64,000 nucleotides of DNA from Actinomycetota bacterium (lineage in GTDB: Bacteria; Actinomycetota; Actinomycetes; Propionibacteriales; Nocardioidaceae): positions 16,384 through 80,383 of the forward strand of contig WLJH01000016.1 of assembly GCA_009701885.1 (NCBI GenBank). The letters run 5' to 3'. The position numbers and the translations under genes were made by a program. Of this stretch, positions 55,990 through 64,000 are shown one piece after another. A model generated the notes under the pieces. That model saw nothing but the letters and a program-made list of their open reading frames with translations. It did not search any database and was not told where the DNA came from. Every line of letters starts with the position of its first letter. The first letter of the stretch is position 1.

Positions 55990-57485
55990 GAGGCACCTCC
56001 TGTCAGCATGGTGAGCAGTGCCTGCTCCTGGGCGATGGTCAAGCCGGTGGCGCTGTTCGGGTCGGCAGCCGGGGTCTGCTCGCGCTTGGAGGCGCCCTCG
56101 TTCTTCTGCGTCTTCTCCGCGCCCTTCAGCAGGCCGCCCAGACCACCCAGGTCGCCCAGCCCGCCGAGCAACGGGAGCTCGGGCAGCGAGTTCGCGATGT
56201 CGGGAAGGGCGCCGAGGATGTCGGGGAGGTCGGGGATCAACGACGGACCACCCGGCCCGTTGCCCGAGGCCGGGGCCGAGGGAAGGAGCGGCGGCACGAG
56301 CGAGGTGACCGAGTCACTGTTCACCACGACCTGGACCCGGAAGTAGTGGGACAGCCCGTCCTTGCCGTTCGTGGTCAGCGACCAGTAGGTGATGAAGTCC
56401 AGCAGTCCCCCGAGGTGGTCGGTCAGGTCCATCAGGAACCGCGAGCCGTTCCGGGCGTCGGCCACCATCGCGTCGCTGCTGCTGTTGAGCTGCGCCACCA
56501 ACGGGGTGGCCTCCCGCACCAGCTGTCGTGCCTGGGCCAGCACCGGCTTCAGCGTGCTGATCGCGGGCTCCGCGGCACGCGAGAAGGCGCTCGCCTCGCC
56601 GGCGATCTGGTTCAGCTGGTCGGTGAAGGGGCGAGCAGACGACAGCGCCGGGGTGGCCTGGTCCGCGAGCCCGGACAGCGAGGTCAGGGTGCGCTGGGCC
56701 GTCTTGAGGGTCGACGGCAACCGGTCCAGGGTCGCCTCCAGGGCGACCCGCTCCTCAGCAGTCGCATCGAGGAGCTGGGCAGCGGAGTCGACGAGCGCGT
56801 CGGTGGTGCCTCCGCCGTTGACCCCGAGCGAGGCGATCACGGGAGCGAACGCGTCGATCAGGCGCTGGAGGGTCGCCGTCTGCCCGTCGAGGACGGTCAC
56901 CAGCTCGTCCGCCTCGCGCATGGACGGAGCCAGCTCGGTCAGCGCCTCGGCAGCGTTCTCGCCGTTCCCGGCGACACCCTCACCGAGCGTGGTCAACAGC
57001 AGGGACAGGGCTCGGCCCGTCGGCTGGTCCACCGCGTCCAGGACCTCGTCGAGGTCCACCGCACGTGAGGTCTGCTCGGTGGGCAGCGTGTAGCCGTTCT
57101 CGGCCACGGGAGCGTCGGGAGTCCCCGGGTCGAGGTCGGCGTACCGCTCACCGAGGAGGCTGACGGGGCGGATCTTGAGCGTGGCGTCCGTGTGGATCGG
57201 CGTCTCGGTCGACATCAGCTCGAGGGTCATCCGAGCCGTGTCGTTGTCGACGACCACCAGGTCGCTGACGACGCCCACCTTGACGCCGAACATCCGTACG
57301 TCGTTGCCCTCGATCAGCGCGCCGGCGTCATCGGTCTCCGCGTACAGGGTGAGCGGTTGTCCCACCCGGACCAGGTCCGAGGCCGACGACGTGGCGATGG
57401 TCAGGAACAGGGAGGCGATGACCACCCCGACGACTCCGAGCGCCGCACGGGGGCGGGCTGCGATCGTGCTTCGCAGGGTGCTCAT
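55986..57485 (-). CDS. mce: MCE/MlaD-family protein (2nd) with Pro/Leu/Gly-rich tail
   Basis: GNDVRMFGVKVGVV, PVSLLGERYADLDPG. Confidence 0.9.
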   Translation of the reverse strand: MSTLRSTIAARPRAALGVVGVVIASLFLTIATSSASDLVRVGQPLTLYAETDDAGALIEGNDVRMFGVKVGVVSDLVVVDNDTARMTLELMSTETPIHTDATLKIRPVSLLGERYADLDPGTPDAPVAENGYTLPTEQTSRAVDLDEVLDAVDQPTGRALSLLLTTLGEGVAGNGENAAEALTELAPSMREADELVTVLDGQTATLQRLIDAFAPVIASLGVNGGGTTDALVDSAAQLLDATAEERVALEATLDRLPSTLKTAQRTLTSLSGLADQATPALSSARPFTDQLNQIAGEASAFSRAAEPAISTLKPVLAQARQLVREATPLVAQLNSSSDAMVADARNGSRFLMDLTDHLGGLLDFITYWSLTTNGKDGLSHYFRVQVVVNSDSVTSLVPPLLPSAPASGNGPGGPSLIPDLPDILGALPDIANSLPELPLLGGLGDLGGLGGLLKGAEKTQKNEGASKREQTPAADPNSATGLTIAQEQALLTMLTGGAS

Positions 57486-58738
57486 CGGATCCTCGATCCC
57501 GTAGCGTCGGTCCAGGCCTGGCCCACGTTGCTGCCAGGCGCCGGCGTGAGGTTCTGGGTCACACCGGGAGGGGGGCTGTTGAACACGCCGATCGGCGTGG
57601 TCGTGCCCTCCTGCACCTTGATCCGGGCGACGTGGTATTGCCCGAGGTACTGCGAACCCGCGGAGGCCCAGTTGGTGAAGTAGCCGGTGATCTCCGGCGT
57701 GTAGGGCCGCAGGAAGGACAGGGCAGGAAGCAGACGACCCGTGGCCCGGTCGACCTCCGGCAGGAGCCGGGTCGAGGACATCAGGAGCTCGGGCGTGACA
57801 CCCAGAAGCTCGGCCACCTCGTCCAGCGCCGAGCGGGTGCTCGACAGGGTCGGGTTGAGGTCGCTCAGCAACGGCGACACCTCGTCGGTGAAGGCAGGCA
57901 GCGCCTCGACGGAGGTCGTCAGCTCATCGAGCAGCGGGCTGGCGGCCTCGACCGTTCCGGGCACCTTGTCCAAGGTCGCACGGGCCACCTCGAGCGTGGA
58001 CGGCAGCTCCTGAAGGGCTGCCGCAAGCGCCTCGTCCTGCGCCGCGAGGTCGGTCTGCTGGGCGTCGAGGTCACGGATCGTGGACCTGATCGACGCGCTG
58101 TTCTGGTCCAGGACGTCCATGAGTGCCGCCGTGCGGGTCACGACGTCGCGGATCGCGGGTCCGTCGGCGCCGATGCCACCCAGCACCTGGGCGAGTGCCT
58201 CGACGGCGGGACCGAGCTGCTCCAGCGTCGCGTTGACGTCGTCGCCACGGTTCGCCACGGCACTGTCGAGGTTGATGATGGTCGAGGCGAGTCGGTTCCG
58301 GGTCTCCTCGTCGAGCGCGGCCAGGACCTGGTCGACCTCGACCCGGTCGTCACCGCGGACCATGGCGTTGTCCGGCAGCGGGGCGGCGTCGCTGTCACCC
58401 GGGTTGATCTGGATGACGCGCTCACCGAGCACCGCCTTCCACTCGATCTCGGCGGTCGATCCCTCCGGCATCTCGTCGTACGGCGGCTCGAGGGTCACGG
58501 TCACCACGGCCTGGCCGTCCTTGGCCTCCAGGTCCGTCACCTTGCCCGCGTCGAAGCCGTCGACCTGGACGACCAGGCCCTCGACGACCACCGGGGCCGA
58601 GGGGAAGACCAGCTGGAGCTGGTAGCCGTCGCCGCGGACGAGCCGCATTCCCACGACGGTCAGGAGGACCGCTGCCACGAGGACCGCGGCCAGGCGAAGT
58701 CCGCGCCCGCCGTGGGCGCGCAGGTCACTGATGGCCAT
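57482..58738 (-). CDS. mce: MCE/MlaD-family protein (1st)
   Basis: GLVVQVDGFDAGKV, KAVLGERVIQINPG. Confidence 0.88.
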   Translation of the reverse strand: MAISDLRAHGGRGLRLAAVLVAAVLLTVVGMRLVRGDGYQLQLVFPSAPVVVEGLVVQVDGFDAGKVTDLEAKDGQAVVTVTLEPPYDEMPEGSTAEIEWKAVLGERVIQINPGDSDAAPLPDNAMVRGDDRVEVDQVLAALDEETRNRLASTIINLDSAVANRGDDVNATLEQLGPAVEALAQVLGGIGADGPAIRDVVTRTAALMDVLDQNSASIRSTIRDLDAQQTDLAAQDEALAAALQELPSTLEVARATLDKVPGTVEAASPLLDELTTSVEALPAFTDEVSPLLSDLNPTLSSTRSALDEVAELLGVTPELLMSSTRLLPEVDRATGRLLPALSFLRPYTPEITGYFTNWASAGSQYLGQYHVARIKVQEGTTTPIGVFNSPPPGVTQNLTPAPGSNVGQAWTDATGSRIR

Positions 58739-59538
58739 CAGTCCATCCCCAGGGGGCCGGCGGAGTCACCGCTGAGGAACTGGCGCACGAAGGCGTCCTC
58801 GGAGTTGAACGCTTCCTCGGTGGGGCCGTAGTGGATCCGCTTGCCTTGCCACACGAGCGCCACGTAGTCGCTGACCTTGCGCGCCGTCGGGATGTTGTGC
58901 GTGACTAGGACGTAGGTCCCGCCGTGCTCGGCGTGCACGTCGAGGATCAGGTCGTTCAGCAGCGACGTCCGCACGGGGTCCAGACCCGAGTCGGGCTCGT
59001 CGAAGAGCACGACGTCCGGGTTGAGGACCAGCGCACGGGCAAAGCCGGCGCGCTTGCGCATGCCGCCGGAGACCTCGTTCGGCAGCTTGCCGAGGGCCGA
59101 CTCCAGGCCGACCTCGCTGAGGCGCTGGAGGACGATCGAGCGGATCTCCTCCTCGTCCTTGTCCGTGTGCTTGCGCAGGGGGAAGGCGACGTTGTCGTAG
59201 ATGTTCATCGACCCGAAGAGAGCGCCGTCCTGGAACAGCACGCCGTAGCGCTGGCGCATGGCGTACTTCTCCGCGCGGGTCATTTTCGAGACCGGAGACC
59301 CGAAGAAGACGATCTCCCCGGCGTCGGGCTCGAGCAGGGCGACCATGTGCTTGAGCAGGACCGACTTGCCGGTACCGGAGGGACCCAGCACCGTCGTGAT
59401 CGAGTCACGCTTGAAGTCCAGGTCGAGACCCTGGAGGACCTTGAAGTCCCCGAAGGCCTTCTCGACTCCGCGCACCTCGACAGCGTTCTGCTCGGAGGTC
59501 GCCTTGCTGTCCGACGCGTAGGGCAGGGTGGTAGTCAC
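58738..59538 (-). CDS. mkl: Mkl/MceG/MlaF-type ABC ATPase
   Basis: GPSGTGKS, LFQDGALF, VSGGMRKR, LFDEPDSGLDP, VTHN, EDAFVRQFL. GTG 59538. Confidence 0.92.
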   Translation of the reverse strand: MTTTLPYASDSKATSEQNAVEVRGVEKAFGDFKVLQGLDLDFKRDSITTVLGPSGTGKSVLLKHMVALLEPDAGEIVFFGSPVSKMTRAEKYAMRQRYGVLFQDGALFGSMNIYDNVAFPLRKHTDKDEEEIRSIVLQRLSEVGLESALGKLPNEVSGGMRKRAGFARALVLNPDVVLFDEPDSGLDPVRTSLLNDLILDVHAEHGGTYVLVTHNIPTARKVSDYVALVWQGKRIHYGPTEEAFNSEDAFVRQFLSGDSAGPLGMD

Positions 59539-59549
59539 GTGAAAATCCT

Positions 59550-60434
59550 TCAGTTCGCGATGGGCGCATTGGGCGAGAGGCCCCAGAACAGCTGCGTACC
59601 CAGGAGTCCGATGATGTGGATGAGCACCATGTTGAGGATCATCGAGCGCGCGGTGGCCCGCCCGACGCCGACGGGACCTCCGCTGGCGTTGAACCCGAAG
59701 AAGCACCCGACGAAGACGATCACCGTGCCCATGGCCATGATCTTGATGAGGGAGAAGGCTAGGTCTCCTGGCGATTGGTAGAGCCAGAAGATGAAGGAGT
59801 AACCACCTGGTGACGTAGCCGCGAGCTGGTCGACGACGACCAGCTTCTCCGCCAGGAACATCAGCGCCAGCCCGACGATGTAAAGGAAAGGCATGGCCAG
59901 CCAGGCGCCGACGACGCGCGAGGCGACGAGGTAGGTCATGGAGTCGATACCCATGACCTCGGTGGCGTCGATCTCCTCCGAGATGCGCATCGAGCCCAGC
60001 TCGGCGACCAGGCCGCAGCCGACCTTCGCGGCGAGGATGTAGCCCCACATGTAGGGACCCATCTCGCGCAGACCGCACCAGGCGGTGAAGATGCCGGAGT
60101 AGAGCGGGGCGCCGATCTGCTTCAGGGTGTAGGCACCCTCGATGCCGCACTGGGCGCCGATGACGAACATCATCAGGAAGATGATGAGTCCGCTGGACAG
60201 GACCAGGATCGAGGCCTGTCGGAAGACTTCGGCGGGGTACTGCCGCAGACCCGGCATCGCCCGGAAGGTCGCCATGGAGAATTTGGAGAGCTCTCCGAAC
60301 GTCGTGAGGGCACCGCTCATCTGTCGGGAGAACGATGCGACCGACACGTCGACGGTCTCGTAGGTCGTCTTGCGGTCACGCCGGTCCTGGCGCGATCGGT
60401 CTGTCACGGACTCGTTGTCGTCGAGCATGGTCAT
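59550..60434 (-). CDS. yrbE: YrbE/MlaE-family permease B
   Basis: REMGP, KVGCGLVAELGSMRISEEIDATEVMG, GPVGVGRAT. Confidence 0.92.
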   Translation of the reverse strand: MTMLDDNESVTDRSRQDRRDRKTTYETVDVSVASFSRQMSGALTTFGELSKFSMATFRAMPGLRQYPAEVFRQASILVLSSGLIIFLMMFVIGAQCGIEGAYTLKQIGAPLYSGIFTAWCGLREMGPYMWGYILAAKVGCGLVAELGSMRISEEIDATEVMGIDSMTYLVASRVVGAWLAMPFLYIVGLALMFLAEKLVVVDQLAATSPGGYSFIFWLYQSPGDLAFSLIKIMAMGTVIVFVGCFFGFNASGGPVGVGRATARSMILNMVLIHIIGLLGTQLFWGLSPNAPIAN

Positions 60435-60441
60435 GAGCAGG

Positions 60442-61359
60442 TCACCTCGCAACCTGGATGCCCGGGTAGAGCCCGAGCATGATGGTCGTGAAGACGTAGT
60501 TGAAGATCCAGATCACGGCGAAGCTGATGACGACGGCCTGGTTCACGGCCCGGCCGACTCCAATCGAGCCGCCCTTGGCGTTGAGGCCCTTGTAGCAGCA
60601 GATGATCCCGATGAAGAACCCGAAGATCGTGGTCTTGATGACGCTGCCGAGCAGGTCCTGCGTCGACGCGTTCGACCAGAAGTTCGCGAGGAACGCGCCC
60701 GGGGTCGCGTCGAGGATCGGCACGGCAGCGATGAAGCCGCCGATTACGCCGCAGACGAGGGCGAAGATGACCAGCAGCCCGGTCATGAAGGTCACCGCGA
60801 TGACGCGGGGGATGACGAGGACCCGGATCGGGTCGATGCCCAGCACCTCGAGCGCATCGATCTCCTCGCGGATGCGGCGGGCGCCGAGGTCGGCGGTGAT
60901 GGCGGTGCCGACCACGCCGGCGACGATCATCGCGTCGATCCAGGGGGCGAACTCACGGACGCTGGCCATGATGAAGAACGAGCCCAGGCGCTCGGGAATG
61001 CCGAACAGGGAGTAGATGTTCCCGCCCTGCAGGCCCGGAGCCCCGAGGCCGAAGGCGATGCAGGAGACGGTCAGCGGGATGAGGCAGAGCTTGAGGATCG
61101 CGTGCATCTGGTCGCGGACGTCGCCCCAGTAGCCCCGGGGCTGCATCACGGCGGACACCACCACGACCCGGGCCAGCGACATCATCTCGCCGGTCTCCGT
61201 CAGGGCGGAGAGCAGCATCCCGGACGACTTGCGTCGCCGGGGCGGCTTCACCGCGGGGGGGCCACTCAGGGCTGCGGGACCCACCGCGACAGCGCCGCCG
61301 GCGCCGACTGGTGGTGGTGCGACGTGGGTGTCGGGAGCTTCAGCCACGGTTGACTCCAT
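60442..61359 (-). CDS. yrbE: YrbE/MlaE-family permease A
   Basis: REFAP, ITADLGARRIREEIDALEVLGIDP, GGSIGVGRAV. Confidence 0.93.
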   Translation of the reverse strand: MESTVAEAPDTHVAPPPVGAGGAVAVGPAALSGPPAVKPPRRRKSSGMLLSALTETGEMMSLARVVVVSAVMQPRGYWGDVRDQMHAILKLCLIPLTVSCIAFGLGAPGLQGGNIYSLFGIPERLGSFFIMASVREFAPWIDAMIVAGVVGTAITADLGARRIREEIDALEVLGIDPIRVLVIPRVIAVTFMTGLLVIFALVCGVIGGFIAAVPILDATPGAFLANFWSNASTQDLLGSVIKTTIFGFFIGIICCYKGLNAKGGSIGVGRAVNQAVVISFAVIWIFNYVFTTIMLGLYPGIQVAR

Positions 61360-61652
61360 TCATCTACTGCCCTGAGACGGAAAGGTCCCTGGGGAACCCA
61401 ACGGCCACGATCCCTGGCGGTGTCGGGACGACGCCCACATCGGCGAGCCGGCTCTTCCCAGAGCCCGGCCGGTGGTGACGCAGGACACTGCCAGGGCCCA
61501 GACTGTAATGACGGTCACGGTCATCGCGAGCGGGTCACGGGCACACTTTTGTGCGGGCATTCTGTGCCTGGTGCACAACCCCTAACTGGGTGGCCACGTG
61601 CACACTCGGGCGTGTCCCGGTAGGGCCGTCCGCCCTCAGGGGACCTACAGCA

Positions 61653-62768
61653 ATGACGGAGAAGTCGATCGTGGGTGAGCAGCAGCTCGGGGAAGCGGCG
61701 TCGGCTGCCGATGAGGCAGCGGGCGACGCTCGCCGCCCGCGGCTGGCACGTCTGGCGGGCTCTGGCCGTCGCCGTACGGTCGTCCTCGGGCTCGCCGCAG
61801 CCCTGGCATTCGCCGGCGGAGCGTGGCTGGTGACGGAGCGGGGCGAGGGCGAGAGTCCGGCCACCGCTGAGGCGGCCTTCGTCATCGACGACACCGAGGT
61901 GTCGGCCGGTGACATCGAGGACCGCGTCGAGGTGCTGGAGGTGCTGTACGGCTTGGCGGTCCCCCAGGAGGACGCCGAGCTGGAGGACTTCCGTCGCGAG
62001 GCGGCGCGCACCTTCGCGGCCACCCTCCTGATCGGGCAGGAGGCAGCAGCCCGCGGCGTCGCCGTCGACGAGGCGGAGGTGAGCGAGGCGATCGACCGCT
62101 TCGTCGGCGAGCTGTTCGGCGGAGACCGCGCGCGCTTCGAGTCAGCACTGGAGGACGGTGGGATCAGCATCGATGCCGTCCGCGACGAGGTGAAGCTCCA
62201 GCTCGACGGACAGGCCCTCTTCGAGCTGGTCACCGGCGGGGTGGAGGTGTCGCCCGCCGAGGTGCGCGCGGCGTACGACGCCGAGCCTGTCGCGTGGGCC
62301 GTGCCGCCCCGCCGGCGCCTCGCTGCCATCGTCACCGCCGACCCCGCCACCGCGCGGCGAGCCCTCGACGAGGTGGAGGCGAGCGGTGACTTCGCAGCAG
62401 CCGCCAGGCGCTTCACGCTCGACGACGCGACCCGGGACCAGGGGGGCCTCCTGGGCACGTTGACCCGGGCACAGCTGGACCGTCCCTTCGCGACGGCCGC
62501 CTTCGACGCCCCGGTCGGCGGGTACTTCGGTCCCGTCCGCACCGACAGGGGTTGGTATGTCGGTCATGTCGTGCGCGCCTTCCCACCGTTGCGCTCGTTC
62601 GGCCAGGTGCGCGAGGCGGTGGAGCAGAGCTTGGTGGGCCAGCGCTCCCTCCTCGTGTGGGAGTCCTTCGTCGAGGAGCAGCTCGCTGCGGCGGACGTCC
62701 GCTACGAGCCGGCGTACGAGCCGCGTCCCGATGACGGGACCGGCACCCTGATTCCAGGGGGTCCGTGA
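61653..62768 (+). CDS. second membrane-anchored SurA/PrsA-like parvulin foldase
   Basis: N-terminal TM, AARRFTLD...QGGLLG...PFATAAF...GPVRT. Clear paralog of 47473..48588. Confidence 0.8.
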   Translation: MTEKSIVGEQQLGEAASAADEAAGDARRPRLARLAGSGRRRTVVLGLAAALAFAGGAWLVTERGEGESPATAEAAFVIDDTEVSAGDIEDRVEVLEVLYGLAVPQEDAELEDFRREAARTFAATLLIGQEAAARGVAVDEAEVSEAIDRFVGELFGGDRARFESALEDGGISIDAVRDEVKLQLDGQALFELVTGGVEVSPAEVRAAYDAEPVAWAVPPRRRLAAIVTADPATARRALDEVEASGDFAAAARRFTLDDATRDQGGLLGTLTRAQLDRPFATAAFDAPVGGYFGPVRTDRGWYVGHVVRAFPPLRSFGQVREAVEQSLVGQRSLLVWESFVEEQLAAADVRYEPAYEPRPDDGTGTLIPGGP

Positions 62769-63403
62769 TGAAGCTGGTCCAGGTGGAGGACCCGGCCGTC
62801 GGCTCCTTCGACCTCGAGGACGGTGAGGTCGGCGTCCTCCTGGGTCGGTCCGGGGCAGGGAAGACGGTCCTGATCAAGAAGTTGCTGGGCTTGGACCGGC
62901 GCCTGATCGCGCGCCGCGGGTCCCCGCTCTCCCACTCGTGCGCCTACGTCCCGCAGTCCGACGGGGTGCTGCTCGACCTCACCGTGCTCGGGAACGTCAC
63001 GTGCCCGGATCCCCACGTGGCCCCAGTGCCCCAGGAGCGAGCCCTGGACTGGCTCGACCTGGTGGGGCTGCGTGCCCGGGCCAGCAGCGCGGCTTCCGAC
63101 CTGTCCCTCGCCGAACGTCGGCGGGTGGCCCTGGCCAGGGCGCTGTCACGGCAGAAGCCGTTGCTCATCCTGGACGGGGACTTCGACCACACCCTCGACG
63201 CGCTGCTGCGGGACCTGCTGGCGACGGTGCCGCACCTCTGCAGCGTGCTCACGACCTCCTGCGTCGCCGACATGCGGGTGTGGAAGGCGGACCGGGTCGG
63301 CGTGGTCGAGGGCAGCCGCTTGATCGCAGTCGGAACGATGGGTGACCTGGTGTCAAGCCTCGACCCCGACGTGCGTGCCGCCCTGAGCTGGACGATGGCA
63401 TGA
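62765..63403 (+). CDS. degenerate ABC ATPase (Mkl/MlaF-like)
   Basis: Walker A GRSGAGKT intact. Signature LSLAE, Walker B LLILDGD (no Glu), no switch His. Tail GTMGDLVSSLDPDVR. Confidence 0.75.
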   Translation: MMKLVQVEDPAVGSFDLEDGEVGVLLGRSGAGKTVLIKKLLGLDRRLIARRGSPLSHSCAYVPQSDGVLLDLTVLGNVTCPDPHVAPVPQERALDWLDLVGLRARASSAASDLSLAERRRVALARALSRQKPLLILDGDFDHTLDALLRDLLATVPHLCSVLTTSCVADMRVWKADRVGVVEGSRLIAVGTMGDLVSSLDPDVRAALSWTMA

Positions 63404-63789
63404 GCGCCCCGGCCCACGGGCACGCGCTGGACGAGACCGCACTGGTCAGGGGCGCGTCGAGCGGCTTCACAGTGCTGATCATCGGCGAGCTGATGTCGCC
63501 GGTCGTTGCTGGCATCCACCCGATGATCGGGCTGCTGTGGCTCTCGTTCGTCGGAGCCGCCGGATTCGTCGTGGCCGGGAGCCGGGTCGGCTTGGCCCGT
63601 CGTACCTGGCTGCAGGGCGCCCTCGCGGCACTGGCTGCGCTGACGCTCACCATCCCGCTGCGGATGCTCGTCGGGCTCGACACCGCGGGGCAGTGGTACG
63701 CCGTGATGGTCAGTGCAGTGTTCGGCCTGGTCGTGGGCGCCATCGCCGGCCGCAGCGCCGGTGCGATCCGCGACCGCACCGACGCCTGA
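63400..63789 (+). CDS. four-TM membrane protein
   Basis: ATGA overlap. Four hydrophobic segments. Confidence 0.7.
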   Translation: MSAPAHGHALDETALVRGASSGFTVLIIGELMSPVVAGIHPMIGLLWLSFVGAAGFVVAGSRVGLARRTWLQGALAALAALTLTIPLRMLVGLDTAGQWYAVMVSAVFGLVVGAIAGRSAGAIRDRTDA

Positions 63790-63814
63790 GCCCAGCGACT
63801 CCCCCAGCCCCGGG

Positions 63815-64000
63815 TCAGACCCGGGCGACCGCCTTCAGCAGCCCTGCCAGCGCGGCGTCGGGGTCGGCCAGCACTCCCCTGTCCGGGGAGAGCCCCTCGA
63901 CGATGGCGCGCTTGCTGAACATGAAGTCCTGAGGACGGTTCACGCAGTCGGCGGCGACCACCTGTCCCTTCGCCAGGTAGAAGCAGGTGAAGTCACGACC
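63815..64000 (-). CDS. ferredoxin reductase C-terminus (5' part outside window)
   Basis: Manual translation GRDFTCFYLAKGQVVAADCVNRPQDFMFSKR...LADP matches the reductase C-terminal domain of P450/dioxygenase-type ferredoxin reductases. Confidence 0.8.
   Translation of the reverse strand, partial: GRDFTCFYLAKGQVVAADCVNRPQDFMFSKRAIVEGLSPDRGVLADPDAALAGLLKAVARV

Noticed and set aside
61360-61652. Operator in the divergent mce promoter region (GCACA-N4-TGTGC at 61541-61554, ATGAC-N7-GTCAT at 61508-61524)
   Set aside because: Arms of only 5 bp are too short to distinguish from chance without comparative data.
1-64000. Many long Arg/Ala/Gly/Pro-rich ORFs antisense or off-frame to called genes (e.g. 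31196..33877, 38125..41109, 42786..45695)
   Set aside because: Expected in high-GC DNA where stops are rare. They show no motifs and overlap well-supported genes.

Overview
High-GC actinobacterial DNA; gene content and repeat style suggest Nocardioides or a relative (inference). Positions 1-41 kb look like ordinary chromosome. They carry an MshC/CysRS-like gene (partial), an IdeR/DtxR-boxed iron-siderophore ABC operon, a putative copper-handling trio, a GMC oxidoreductase plus aldehyde dehydrogenase pair, a class III cyclase and a VapBC toxin-antitoxin pair. They also carry a Pls/PosA-type membrane NRPS with an M1 peptidase and a PPTase (epsilon-poly-lysine-like), a CmtR-CDF-VKOR operon, and a nine-gene MSMEG_0565-0572/Nit1C-type radical SAM cluster behind a GlnR-like site array. 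At 41757-41800 lies the 3' half of tRNA-Arg(ACG), an att site with likely integrase arm repeats, which marks the left edge of a genomic island that runs off the right end. The island holds IS256 debris and a long, mostly translationally coupled minus-strand gene run: yrbE x2, mkl, mce x6, an RND/MMPL protein, a parvulin-like foldase, a small membrane protein, then phaC, phaZ and a GMC oxidoreductase. Divergent from this run are a second foldase, a catalytically degenerate Mkl-like ATPase and a membrane protein, and a ferredoxin reductase is cut by the window end. This Mce-RND-foldase-PHA module is the best candidate for an undescribed system. No CRISPR array, rRNA or complete tRNA was seen. 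All assignments come from motif recognition by eye, with no database searches.
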